From an uncultured Rhizobium sp. (GTDB taxonomy: Bacteria; Bacteroidota; Bacteroidia; NS11-12g; UBA955), in assembly GCA_964408945.1 (NCBI GenBank), contig CAYPBJ010000007.1:8684-72683 (forward strand): DNA of 64,000 bases. The letters run 5' to 3'. The position numbers and the translations under genes are program-made. How positions within the stretch are numbered: position 1 is the first letter of the stretch; every line of letters starts with the position of its first letter. The notes below the pieces were generated by a model. The model was given only the letters and a program-made list of their open reading frames with translations. It was not told where the DNA came from and made no database searches. Below, piece after piece: positions 1-7,807 of this stretch.

Positions 1-2564
1 TTCTCATTTGAGGATGCCTCTCTACCGGTAAACACCAATTCAAAGCGATCAGATTTCTTTTCATCGGTGTTGGATGCATTGAAATTGTAGGTGGTACCAT
101 CTTCGATGGTTGTGGTTTTTTGAGTGAGCTTGTCAACTAGTTTGACATCGTATTTGTAATTACCGGAAGGGCAATAATCAAAGCTGATTTCCATAGCGGT
201 TGGGGCATCTTTAGGATAAGCCACCTTCAATGGAATTGATTTGCTTTCGCCGGGGTTGGCGATCTTGTCGCGACGGTCAATAGTGAGCCATGAATTATTT
301 GCAGTTATTGGACCATAAGCCAAATAAGCCCACATTTTGGTTACGTCAAAAACATCGCCGTCCTGACTCATCCCGGTGTTATCAAACTCGATAGTAAAAC
401 CATCTGATTCTGGTTGAATATTGTTCTGAAATCTTATTTCACTTCTTAATACATTGCATTCATTCGAAGGTTCTTCTTGAATTCCACTTGAAAAATGTTT
501 TGTAGTTGAGCGAGCCCCGGAGAATTTGTGATTTTCGTTAAATGTCAATGTGGTTGAGCTGCCATTGGGATCCAATACAAAGAATACAGCTCCACCTGCC
601 GCTAAAAGTTTGGTTTTATTTCGGTTGCCGTTATTTTTAAAGTTTGTTGTGCCGTCCAAACTCGGAGCCTGGTTTGAGCCTTTTCCAACACTATCCCAAG
701 TATTGTAACGTCTTCCAATTGCATCATAGAGGTAAAATCTAGGTAGAATTGTGTTTTTATTACTTTCATACACTTCTCTGAGGTCAATTGTGCATGGGTA
801 AGGGTTGCCAATTAAGTTATATCCTTTGATAGTTCCGGTTCCGTTGTTTGCCAAAGTGAAATTATATGTACCTTGAGCAACCGTTCCTTTAAAAGTTAGA
901 ACTTTGTCGTTGGCAACAACAGTCGTATCTCCTAATCCATTGCCTTTTGCTCCTCTAAAAAATATTAGCATACCAGAACCGTGAGGAATAGTGGTTACCG
1001 AACTGCCTGAAGTATATGGACTCCAAGTACTTGTAGTTTCATTCCATGAAAATAAAGAGTGAGTGCACCAACTGCAAGTGGTGGTAAATTCATTCGCATT
1101 GGTTCCACTGACATTTCCTGTTACATCAATGTCATCAGTAAATTGTGGTATAATGATACCGTTTGAAAGTGGTAAACCAAGCGCACGATAAGCTCTTTGT
1201 TTGTTGTTGTACAATTCAAATAAAACACCACCAGTAATTGACGATGTTGAAGGTATAGCTAAAATTTGTCCGTGTGCAGATGAATTTGCTTTAGGAGTGG
1301 ACTTTATTTGAAGGAAAGGTTCAAAAGCATTCACATTGGTTGATGTTGAATAATTCGTGGGTGAGTTGGATGAAATGGTAGTATTCGCGGCAACGGTCAA
1401 ATTGGAGATAATGGGTAGCACACGTTGCAATGTATAAGTTGAAGTAGAACCATTACCTATGCTAACATCCATATTGGAATCAATATACAAATTTCCTCCT
1501 GTTCCTGTAAGTTTGGTGTTATTACCCCTGAGAAGTAAAGTATTAATGCCTGAGGCGGGTTGAAATCTCAAAGATCCACCGGGAATATTAATATCTCTAT
1601 GAAATGTGTGTCTTCCTTGTCCATTAAAGTTCAAAGTGCCGGAGTAAACGGTAAGATTGCTTTTGAATAGGGCTTGATTATTATTTAAGACATTGAGATT
1701 TAAAGTACCACCGTTATAAATCATCCCTGCAAATGTGTCTAGTCTGAATTCGTTATCATTTAGTTGATTGGTTTTTGGCCCTACAAACCAATTGCCTGAG
1801 TTAGATGAGGTAGAACATTTGAAAGTTACATTGTTGTAAGGATAAATGATAAATTGAGAAATTGAATCACTGACTCCATCCATGTAAATGGTTGTATTTC
1901 TTGTTGATCCTTGAGCCAAATCAACAACCAAAACGTCTGACGATTTTGGCGATGTTCTTGTGGGAGTCCAGTTAGCCGCAATTTTATATGAACTATCTAC
2001 TCCAGTTGGAGGTTCACTCCAGGTAAATATGCCAGAATTAGCGTCAACAATATTTACAGTAGCTTGAATGGTTATGGATGTTGTGAAGCTACCACATCCA
2101 GAACCAATACCAAAGGTGATTAAATTGCTGAACGTTCCCTTGGTGGTTAAAGAGTTACGTATGTAAACTGTTGCTGTTGTAGTATTGTTTCCAGGCTTAA
2201 ACGGCATGGGTGCTCCTGGTCCTGCATTCCCTGGGCAAAACTCTTTCCAGGCGTTAGAGCCTACACTTCCATATTGTAATTCCCAAGTGGATTGTGAGCT
2301 AGTGTCAGCAAACCAAATTTCAGTATTACCGCCGAATCCAGTTAAACTCAATGTTATTTCTTTGTACTGTGCATTTGCCCCAGCTACAGATGTCCAAGTT
2401 ATGCTGTAGTTAGAACCTGAAGCGTTCACAATTGCGCCCGTAGCTGATATACCCGTAATTGACTGAGATTTTAAATTGGTTAGAAATAAAAGGGGAGCGA
2501 TTAAAGCGCAAGAACGTGAAAATTTTCGAACGGATTTCAAAAGAGAATTTAAGTTATTTTTCAT
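1..2564 (-). CDS. Large secreted repeat-rich protein (N-terminal 854 aa; C-terminus beyond left edge), adhesin/beta-helix-like, possible T9SS cargo
   Basis: Absent from the ORF track because it has no in-window stop. My reverse-strand translation from ATG c(2562..2564) reads MKNNLNSLLKSVRKFSRSCALIAPLLFLTNLKSQSITG... (signal-peptide-like). It stays open to base 1 (...KKSDRFELVFTGREASSNE). N/S/T/G-rich; no catalytic motif recognised. Confidence 0.6.
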   Translation of the reverse strand, partial: MKNNLNSLLKSVRKFSRSCALIAPLLFLTNLKSQSITGISATGAIVNASGSNYSITWTSVAGANAQYKEITLSLTGFGGNTEIWFADTSSQSTWELQYGSVGSNAWKEFCPGNAGPGAPMPFKPGNNTTTATVYIRNSLTTKGTFSNLITFGIGSGCGSFTTSITIQATVNIVDANSGIFTWSEPPTGVDSSYKIAANWTPTRTSPKSSDVLVVDLAQGSTRNTTIYMDGVSDSISQFIIYPYNNVTFKCSTSSNSGNWFVGPKTNQLNDNEFRLDTFAGMIYNGGTLNLNVLNNNQALFKSNLTVYSGTLNFNGQGRHTFHRDINIPGGSLRFQPASGINTLLLRGNNTKLTGTGGNLYIDSNMDVSIGNGSTSTYTLQRVLPIISNLTVAANTTISSNSPTNYSTSTNVNAFEPFLQIKSTPKANSSAHGQILAIPSTSSITGGVLFELYNNKQRAYRALGLPLSNGIIIPQFTDDIDVTGNVSGTNANEFTTTCSWCTHSLFSWNETTSTWSPYTSGSSVTTIPHGSGMLIFFRGAKGNGLGDTTVVANDKVLTFKGTVAQGTYNFTLANNGTGTIKGYNLIGNPYPCTIDLREVYESNKNTILPRFYLYDAIGRRYNTWDSVGKGSNQAPSLDGTTNFKNNGNRNKTKLLAAGGAVFFVLDPNGSSTTLTFNENHKFSGARSTTKHFSSGIQEEPSNECNVLRSEIRFQNNIQPESDGFTIEFDNTGMSQDGDVFDVTKMWAYLAYGPITANNSWLTIDRRDKIANPGESKSIPLKVAYPKDAPTAMEISFDYCPSGNYKYDVKLVDKLTQKTTTIEDGTTYNFNASNTDEKKSDRFELVFTGREASSNE

Positions 2565-2592
2565 TTTAAAGTTATCAGACTGACTAGTATTG

Positions 2593-2600
2593 CAAAATTA
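2593..2600 (-). promoter_or_regulatory. Bacteroidota-type -7 box TAATTTTG, 28 nt upstream of ATG c(2562..2564)
   Basis: Reverse complement of caaaatta gives a perfect TAnnTTTG match. Confidence 0.35.
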
Positions 2601-2733
2601 CTATTATAAAGAGTTAAATACAAGATATCTTGCTCCGTAACTGTAGGTATTTTTCTGTATTGTGACATAACTTAGATTAAAAATGGAGTAATATGCCGAG
2701 TTTGTGCATCGGAGTTTAATTTTTTTAAAATAA

Positions 2734-2764
2734 TTTGCAAATTCCGTGTTAATGCCTATTTTTG
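2734..2764 (+). promoter_or_regulatory. tRNA-Phe promoter: -33 TTTG (2734..2737), 19-nt spacer, -7 TATTTTTG (2757..2764)
   Basis: Both Bacteroidota sigma-A consensus elements are present with canonical spacing. The box ends 11 nt before the mature tRNA 5' end. Confidence 0.55.
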
Positions 2765-2775
2765 CAGTCCCGTTT

Positions 2776-2848
2776 GGTATCGTAGCTCAGTTGGTAGAGC
2801 AAAGGACTGAAAATCCTTGTGTCGACGGTTCGATTCCGCCCGATACCA
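2776..2848 (+). tRNA. tRNA-Phe (anticodon GAA)
   Basis: Cloverleaf read by eye. Acceptor GGTATCG/CGATACC. D arm GCTC-AGTTGGTA-GAGC. Anticodon arm AAGGA-CTGAAAA-TCCTT (GAA). T arm GACGG-TTCGATT-CCGCC. Discriminator A; CCA not encoded. Confidence 0.95.
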
Positions 2849-2858
2849 CATAAACGTC

Positions 2859-2887
2859 AAGCCTCGCGAAAGCGGGGCTTTTTTTAT
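2859..2887 (+). terminator. Rho-independent terminator after tRNA-Phe
   Basis: AAGCCTCGC-GAAA-GCGGGGCTT stem (one G-U pair) followed by a T-run. Confidence 0.75.
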
Positions 2888-2937
2888 TGTTAGTTCCCTA
2901 TGCAGAAATAGAATTGCCAATAGAAAATAATCCACAT

Positions 2938-2945
2938 TATATTTG
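2938..2945 (+). promoter_or_regulatory. -7 box TATATTTG, 6 nt upstream of ATG 2952
   Basis: Perfect TAnnTTTG match. Confidence 0.45.
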
Positions 2946-2951
2946 CCGCCA

Positions 2952-3620
2952 ATGAAATCTTTAGGATTTTTGGCGGCTTTTTTTATGCTTATAACTTTGG
3001 TAGTAGGGCAACCAAATAAACTTCCTCCCATAGAAGAATCCCCAAGCGGAGGTAATATTTCGGCTCAAGCAGAATCTCCGGCTCCTTTGCTGCAAATGAA
3101 ATCGGTGCATCCACACATTCAAATAGTCAATCAAGTGAATCCGAGAGGGTATTTTTTCAAACACAAAAGCAAAGGTGTAAACGATTTTGATGCTCAAGCA
3201 ACGCACTTCGAAATGAGAATTTATTATCCTGTGCCGCGCACGTGGAGCGATGCAACCCACGCTCAATTTTTAAAAGACATTAAGAGCGATACCATTTCCA
3301 ACATCGTGTTTAAATTTGGCGCTGACAGTCAGGCTAAGCACATGGCGGCCCTTCAAAATGCCTATAAAAATGTTGAACTCGGCTTTTTAGAATGCGACAG
3401 TCTTTGGGGACGACCAGCGCTGAGTTACACCGTCAAGTGCGAAATTTACAATAACGACATGCTCAAATTGGTCAAGAAAACCGTCATCACCGGTCGCAGA
3501 TACATTGTTTTTTACCAGGGACACATGATTGATTTATGGTGGCACGCCACCCCCGATGAGCACCTCTGGAACGATATTGCCAGGGAACAACTGAAGTTGA
3601 TGTCGGTACTTGGTACCTAG
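2952..3620 (+). CDS. Hypothetical secreted protein
   Basis: ORF-track frame 2943..3620. I prefer ATG 2952 (MKSLGFLAAFFMLITLVVGQ, signal-like) because the -7 box overlaps the TTG at 2943. No domain recognised. The last 5 codons are built from heptad-array units. Confidence 0.6.
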   Translation: MKSLGFLAAFFMLITLVVGQPNKLPPIEESPSGGNISAQAESPAPLLQMKSVHPHIQIVNQVNPRGYFFKHKSKGVNDFDAQATHFEMRIYYPVPRTWSDATHAQFLKDIKSDTISNIVFKFGADSQAKHMAALQNAYKNVELGFLECDSLWGRPALSYTVKCEIYNNDMLKLVKKTVITGRRYIVFYQGHMIDLWWHATPDEHLWNDIAREQLKLMSVLGT

Positions 3621-3700
3621 TCTTTGGTACCTGGTCTATGGTACCCGATCCCCGGAACCTGGTACCCGATCCCCGGAACCCGGAACCCGGAACCCGCTAC
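3603..3700. repeat. Heptanucleotide-register array A (14 units)
   Basis: tcggtac ttggtac ctagtct ttggtac ctggtct atggtac ccgatcc ccggaac ctggtac ccgatcc ccggaac ccggaac ccggaac ccgctac. No phase slip. Contains a 21-nt super-repeat and four GGTACC palindromes. Confidence 0.9.
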
Positions 3701-3732
3701 AAACTTAACTATATCTAGTTTGTTATATAAAT

Positions 3733-4185
3733 GTGAGAAAACTACAATCAGTGCAGATATTGCCCATCAGTTTAGATTTGGCTTGGGACTTCTTTTCATC
3801 CCCAAAAAACTTGAATGAAATTACGCCAGACGACATGGTTTTTAAGATTACCTCTGATGTGCCTGAGAAAATGTATGAGGGCTTGTTTATTACGTATAAA
3901 ATCAGTCCGCTTTTAGGAATTCAATTAGACTGGTGTACAGAAATTACACACGTCAAGGAAAAACAGTTTTTTGTAGATGAACAACGCAAAGGCCCTTACA
4001 ATATTTGGCACCATGAGCATCATTTTGAAGCCGTTGAGGGTGGGGTCAAAATGACCGATATTCTTCACTACGATATTGGGAAAAGTATCTTGGGAGATAT
4101 TGCTGGGGCATTGTTTGTACATGGCAAAGTCAAGAATATTTTTGATTACCGCTATAAAAAATTGCAAGAGTTATTTCCTGGTTAG
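3733..4185 (+). CDS. SRPBCC (START/Bet v1-like) ligand-binding family protein
   Basis: 150-aa ORF with GTG start. Size and sequence pattern (..GPYNIWHHEHHFE..) recall the small SRPBCC family. Family assignment is from memory. Confidence 0.6.
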   Translation: MRKLQSVQILPISLDLAWDFFSSPKNLNEITPDDMVFKITSDVPEKMYEGLFITYKISPLLGIQLDWCTEITHVKEKQFFVDEQRKGPYNIWHHEHHFEAVEGGVKMTDILHYDIGKSILGDIAGALFVHGKVKNIFDYRYKKLQELFPG

Positions 4186-4186
4186 G

Positions 4187-4194
4187 TAACTTTG
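4187..4194 (+). promoter_or_regulatory. -7 box TAACTTTG, 6 nt upstream of ATG 4201
   Basis: Perfect TAnnTTTG match. Confidence 0.4.
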
Positions 4195-4200
4195 CCTGAA

Positions 4201-4731
4201 ATGGCCCTTCTGAAAAGTCTTCCTCAACTTTCGAGAGAACAAAAATTATTTCTGCGCAATGCCATCATTGCTATTTTAGGATGGATCTTCATTGCTGACC
4301 ATTACGAAATACATAATTTCTTTACCCGTATATTGGCGTCGGCTAGCGGACGAGTGTCTGCTTTCATTTCTGGTGAGCCTTCCAAAATTTACGGTGAACA
4401 TTATGCAGCAACGAATTACATTTGTTATAACGTCAAAGATTCCGTTGGTAGGATTTTTATTGGTTGGCCCTGTAACGGTTGGGATATATTCTATCTATAC
4501 GTAGCATTTATTCTGGTGTTCCCAGACATACCTTGGAAAAGAAAAGCACTGTACTCATCAATAGGGGTGATAATTTTATTTGGAACCAATGTTTTGAGGG
4601 TGTCATTGCTGCTTCAAATCATCACTTGGGATCCTAAGAGTTTCGAGTTTTTTCATAAAACCGTCTTTCAAGTGGTTGTTTATTTAATCATGTTTACCTT
4701 ATGGCTGATTTACCTCAAGAGAAGAGCCTGA
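4201..4731 (+). CDS. xrtF: Exosortase family protein, XrtF-like
   Basis: Short polytopic membrane protein carrying the exosortase catalytic pattern in order: Cys (GWPCNGWD), Asn/Arg (TNVLRVSLL) and His (FFHKTV). The short XrtF form is typical of Flavobacteriia. ATG 4201 preferred over TTG 4192. Confidence 0.7.
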   Translation: MALLKSLPQLSREQKLFLRNAIIAILGWIFIADHYEIHNFFTRILASASGRVSAFISGEPSKIYGEHYAATNYICYNVKDSVGRIFIGWPCNGWDIFYLYVAFILVFPDIPWKRKALYSSIGVIILFGTNVLRVSLLLQIITWDPKSFEFFHKTVFQVVVYLIMFTLWLIYLKRRA

Positions 4732-5144
4732 CCCAAAAGTTTTTACGCTACTTTCCCTGGTTTGCGGCCTCTTGGGGAATATATGTGGCATATTACTACT
4801 TCAACCAAAAATTCATATTGCAATCACTTTGGAATGACGGTATTTTTAAATCAGGACCCATCCGATTTGCAGTTAGAGAAGTGGCGGTTTATTCCATTGC
4901 TTTTGTTAATTTCATTCACTTAAAAAAGACCCTTAAAGGCACTTATCCTGTGCAATTCTGGATTTTTTTAGCAACTTTAGATATTGTCTGCCTTTTACTT
5001 GGATTTTTTAGGGAATTTGCATTTGAAGTTTCAGTTTTCAAAGCTATCTACAATAATATAATCGGGTTGATCGCTTCGCCGCTGTATTCGGTTTTTTTCT
5101 TTCTTTATGCTAATTATTTTGCCGATAAAGAAAGTCAATTATGA
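4701..5144 (+). CDS. Exosortase F system-associated membrane protein (candidate)
   Basis: 147-aa multi-TM protein. It overlaps the xrtF 3' end by 31 nt, matching the invariant XrtF-partner gene arrangement as I recall it. Confidence 0.55.
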   Translation: MADLPQEKSLTQKFLRYFPWFAASWGIYVAYYYFNQKFILQSLWNDGIFKSGPIRFAVREVAVYSIAFVNFIHLKKTLKGTYPVQFWIFLATLDIVCLLLGFFREFAFEVSVFKAIYNNIIGLIASPLYSVFFFLYANYFADKESQL

Positions 5145-6154
5145 AGCCTTTTGCTACTCTTATTTTATTCTTTCTGGGGATGTTTTTACGCCTCAACGCT
5201 CAACGTGATCTATTTGCAAATGTAGCCGCCTCATCCGGAAATTCTGCCGCAATTAAGTTGGGAGCAGATTGGGAAGTCTTCCTAGAAAGGCAACAAGGCT
5301 TTTTCAAAAAGAAAAAACGCTTTCCTACTGCATATATTGGGGTAGAGCTCGGTTATGGCACTTATTTTAATTTTTTAACCCCATTAACAATTGCGCATGT
5401 TGCTCCCCGTTTTGGGGTTACCTATGCTTTCGCCGATCTTTTTGGTGTTTACGGACATCTAAGTTACGGTTGGGCCTCAAAATCTTGTGTCAGAACCGAA
5501 GCTGAATTAGGCGTTCGACTTGGAATTTCATCTTCTTTGGGAATTCAAGCGGGATACAGATTGTTTAACTTCAATACCGCCAACAGTAAATTTCCCAATT
5601 TGAATTTCAATCAAGGAATGGGTTTCGCTGGCTTGGTTTTTTCGCCACACTCCAAAAAAATACAGCCCATTTACAGAGTAAAAAAGAAGTTCTTCGCATA
5701 CCCGTATAGTTTGGGTCTAAAACTCGGACTAAGGAAGCACAGTTTACTTTATGATCGCACTCATTTGGTTTGGAATCTGGATGCTTCTTATCGCTTCCAA
5801 AAATCCAATCGACGCGCTTGGGATGTGGGATTAGAATGGATCACAGATCCTACTTATTTCTATAAACTAGATGGGAAGCCTACTGAGCTCAAATATCCTC
5901 AAAACTCAGAGGTAACCCTAAGGGCTGGTAATTTAATTCTCATGGGACGAATGGCCCTGCGAACCGATTTGGGTTTCTATGTTTTACGTCCAATTACCTC
6001 TACTAAACCCATGTTTTATCAAGGTATAGGGCTTGATTATAGATTGTCGCAAAATTGGGAATTCAGAACGAGATTCAAAACGCACTTCCAACGCAAGTTC
6101 ATCTTTGATTCACCAGATTTTGTTGAAATGGGGGTAGTTTTAAGAATTCAATAA
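5141..6154 (+). CDS. Hypothetical outer-membrane beta-barrel-like protein
   Basis: ATGA start/stop overlap with the upstream gene. Signal peptide MKPFATLILFFLGMFLRLNAQ. Alternating G/Y/F-rich strand-like segments. Confidence 0.55.
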   Translation: MKPFATLILFFLGMFLRLNAQRDLFANVAASSGNSAAIKLGADWEVFLERQQGFFKKKKRFPTAYIGVELGYGTYFNFLTPLTIAHVAPRFGVTYAFADLFGVYGHLSYGWASKSCVRTEAELGVRLGISSSLGIQAGYRLFNFNTANSKFPNLNFNQGMGFAGLVFSPHSKKIQPIYRVKKKFFAYPYSLGLKLGLRKHSLLYDRTHLVWNLDASYRFQKSNRRAWDVGLEWITDPTYFYKLDGKPTELKYPQNSEVTLRAGNLILMGRMALRTDLGFYVLRPITSTKPMFYQGIGLDYRLSQNWEFRTRFKTHFQRKFIFDSPDFVEMGVVLRIQ

Positions 6155-6155
6155 C

Positions 6156-6190
6156 CAGGTACCTGGTACCTGCTACCTAGTACATAGTAT
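6156..6190. repeat. Heptanucleotide-register array B (5 units)
   Basis: caggtac ctggtac ctgctac ctagtac atagtat. Fills the 35-nt convergent spacer between stops at 6154 and c6190. Confidence 0.8.
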
Positions 6191-6864
6191 CAAAATCTTA
6201 CGCCCAACCTTACGCCTGGACTGACTGCAATGCCGAGTCCGATGGTCGTTGTTAGTTGAGATTCGGTGCTACTATTTGATTGGTTGTTCCAGTTGAGTTG
6301 GTAACCGTTGAATTGGTAGGTGTATCCACAGGAAATTTCGCTACCTAAATATACGTTTTTAGTGAAATAGTAATCTGCACCAAACACGCCTAAAACTCCA
6401 AATCCAAATCCTCCAGAAACAGAGTTTTTAAACTCACCTCCAGAAACGTAGGTGAATCCATTGATGGTATTGGTCCCGCTAAATTTACCTCCTCCAGTGG
6501 CAAACATGAGCTGACCTCCCAAGTATACGCTGAGTTTTTCGGTGGATTTGATGTGTTTTTCAGCGCCTACTCCCACGTTGAAATTCCAGTTGCTTTGCGT
6601 AGTCAAACCGAAGTTAGCACGATTACCTGGATCATAAATTCGGTCAGAATTGGAAAAGGTCGAAACGGCGACAAGTGCTCTTAGAGCAAGGTCGTCTTTG
6701 ATGAATCGTCTAAGTCGAAGACTTGGAGCTTCAAAACTAATGGGGCTACTTCCTGTTTGAAGGTTGACGTTTACTTCCAGTGTGTTTTTTGAATCTATAT
6801 TATAGTTCTGCGCCGCAGTTGTTCCCGCAATGGCCAAGGCCATACCCATTAGAATTTTTCTCAT
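6190..6864 (-). CDS. Outer-membrane beta-barrel protein (porin-family-like)
   Basis: Signal peptide (MRKILMGMALAIAGTTAAQ). C-terminus ...SPGVRLGVRF ends in an aromatic residue. Paralogous to 6884..7753. ATG at c6864 preferred over the adjacent GTG. Confidence 0.65.
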   Translation of the reverse strand: MRKILMGMALAIAGTTAAQNYNIDSKNTLEVNVNLQTGSSPISFEAPSLRLRRFIKDDLALRALVAVSTFSNSDRIYDPGNRANFGLTTQSNWNFNVGVGAEKHIKSTEKLSVYLGGQLMFATGGGKFSGTNTINGFTYVSGGEFKNSVSGGFGFGVLGVFGADYYFTKNVYLGSEISCGYTYQFNGYQLNWNNQSNSSTESQLTTTIGLGIAVSPGVRLGVRF

Positions 6865-6883
6865 CACTTGGCGAAATTAGGGA

Positions 6884-7753
6884 TTAAAATTTATATCCTA
6901 TACGAATTCCAGGAGAATAACTGAATCGAAGACTCATTTCATTTCCAGAGTAAAAGCCAACTTGGGAAACTACCCCATTTCCAACTGATACTGATTTTCC
7001 AGAATTTCTGATATTTAATGCATAGAAACCACCTTGAATTTCAGTGCCTATGTAAAAGTCTGAATTTAAGTAGTAATCGAGACCGGCAAATCCGCCGGCA
7101 TATATACCGGTACGGTTGATGGTTTCATTGTATGAATATTGAAATTTATAGGTGCGACCATCATCGGTGTTGGTGCCCTTGATTCCTTGTGTGCGCATGA
7201 TGAGCATTGCTTCAGCACCGTAATAGGGTGATAGGTGTTTGTTTTTAGATTTAAGATGAAACTCAACGCCTAATGCTCCATGAATGTCTTGGTCTGTGAT
7301 TTTAACTTCAACTGTTTGTCCACGTGATTCCTCAAAGGTGCGATTTTCAGTGGTAGTATTGATGATGCCGCGTACTCTGTAAACGCGATTGTCTTCGTTG
7401 AATAAACGGAGTTTGATATCGTCAAATCGAATCATCATTGGGTCGTTTCCAAAACTGATTTGGGCGAGCCCTTCAATCAAAAGGTCACCCTTTTTGGGTT
7501 TGTTGATGATGATTTCCTTTCTTTCGGAATTTTGTTGGATGATGATGGGTTGCTGTGCTGGCTGAGCCGCGTTATTGTTTGCATTTTCTGCAGGTGCTGT
7601 TGAATTAGCTCCTGGAGTCACCGTTTTCTGAAAATTTGGGGTGGCTGGTTGCCCATTCAAGTCTGGGGTGATAGGTTTTCGTCCAATTTGTGCTTGGACT
7701 TGGATAGCGAAGAGAAGGAAAAATCCCCCGAAAAGAAACCTCGAATTATTCAT
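6884..7753 (-). CDS. Outer-membrane beta-barrel protein with low-complexity N-terminal extension
   Basis: ATG c7753 (MNNSRFLFGGFFLLFAIQVQAQ, signal-like) is preferred over TTG c7780. A/N/Q/P-rich linker. C-terminus ...SPGIRIGYKF. Confidence 0.6.
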   Translation of the reverse strand: MNNSRFLFGGFFLLFAIQVQAQIGRKPITPDLNGQPATPNFQKTVTPGANSTAPAENANNNAAQPAQQPIIIQQNSERKEIIINKPKKGDLLIEGLAQISFGNDPMMIRFDDIKLRLFNEDNRVYRVRGIINTTTENRTFEESRGQTVEVKITDQDIHGALGVEFHLKSKNKHLSPYYGAEAMLIMRTQGIKGTNTDDGRTYKFQYSYNETINRTGIYAGGFAGLDYYLNSDFYIGTEIQGGFYALNIRNSGKSVSVGNGVVSQVGFYSGNEMSLRFSYSPGIRIGYKF

Positions 7754-7767
7754 ATTCTTAGAATGTG

Positions 7768-7775
7768 CAAAGTTA
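7768..7775 (-). promoter_or_regulatory. -7 box TAACTTTG, 14 nt upstream of ATG c7753
   Basis: Perfect TAnnTTTG match on the reverse strand. Confidence 0.4.
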
Positions 7776-7792
7776 AGCAATCGAAATTAAAC

Positions 7793-7800
7793 TAATTTTG
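7793..7800 (+). promoter_or_regulatory. -7 box TAATTTTG, 7 nt upstream of ATG 7808
   Basis: Perfect TAnnTTTG match. Confidence 0.45.
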
Positions 7801-7807
7801 CCGGAGT

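Noticed and set aside
2776-2848. tRNA-Phe as the attachment site of an integrated element
   Set aside because: There is no integrase, no direct repeat of the tRNA 3' end, and no phage or mobile genes within the following ~60 kb. The flanking genes look native.
3624-3818. A 64-aa ORF encoding repeated WYPIPGT heptapeptides
   Set aside because: It is a translation artefact of heptad array A (3 x 7 nt = 7 codons). It has no promoter or start context and overlaps the GTG start of the SRPBCC gene.
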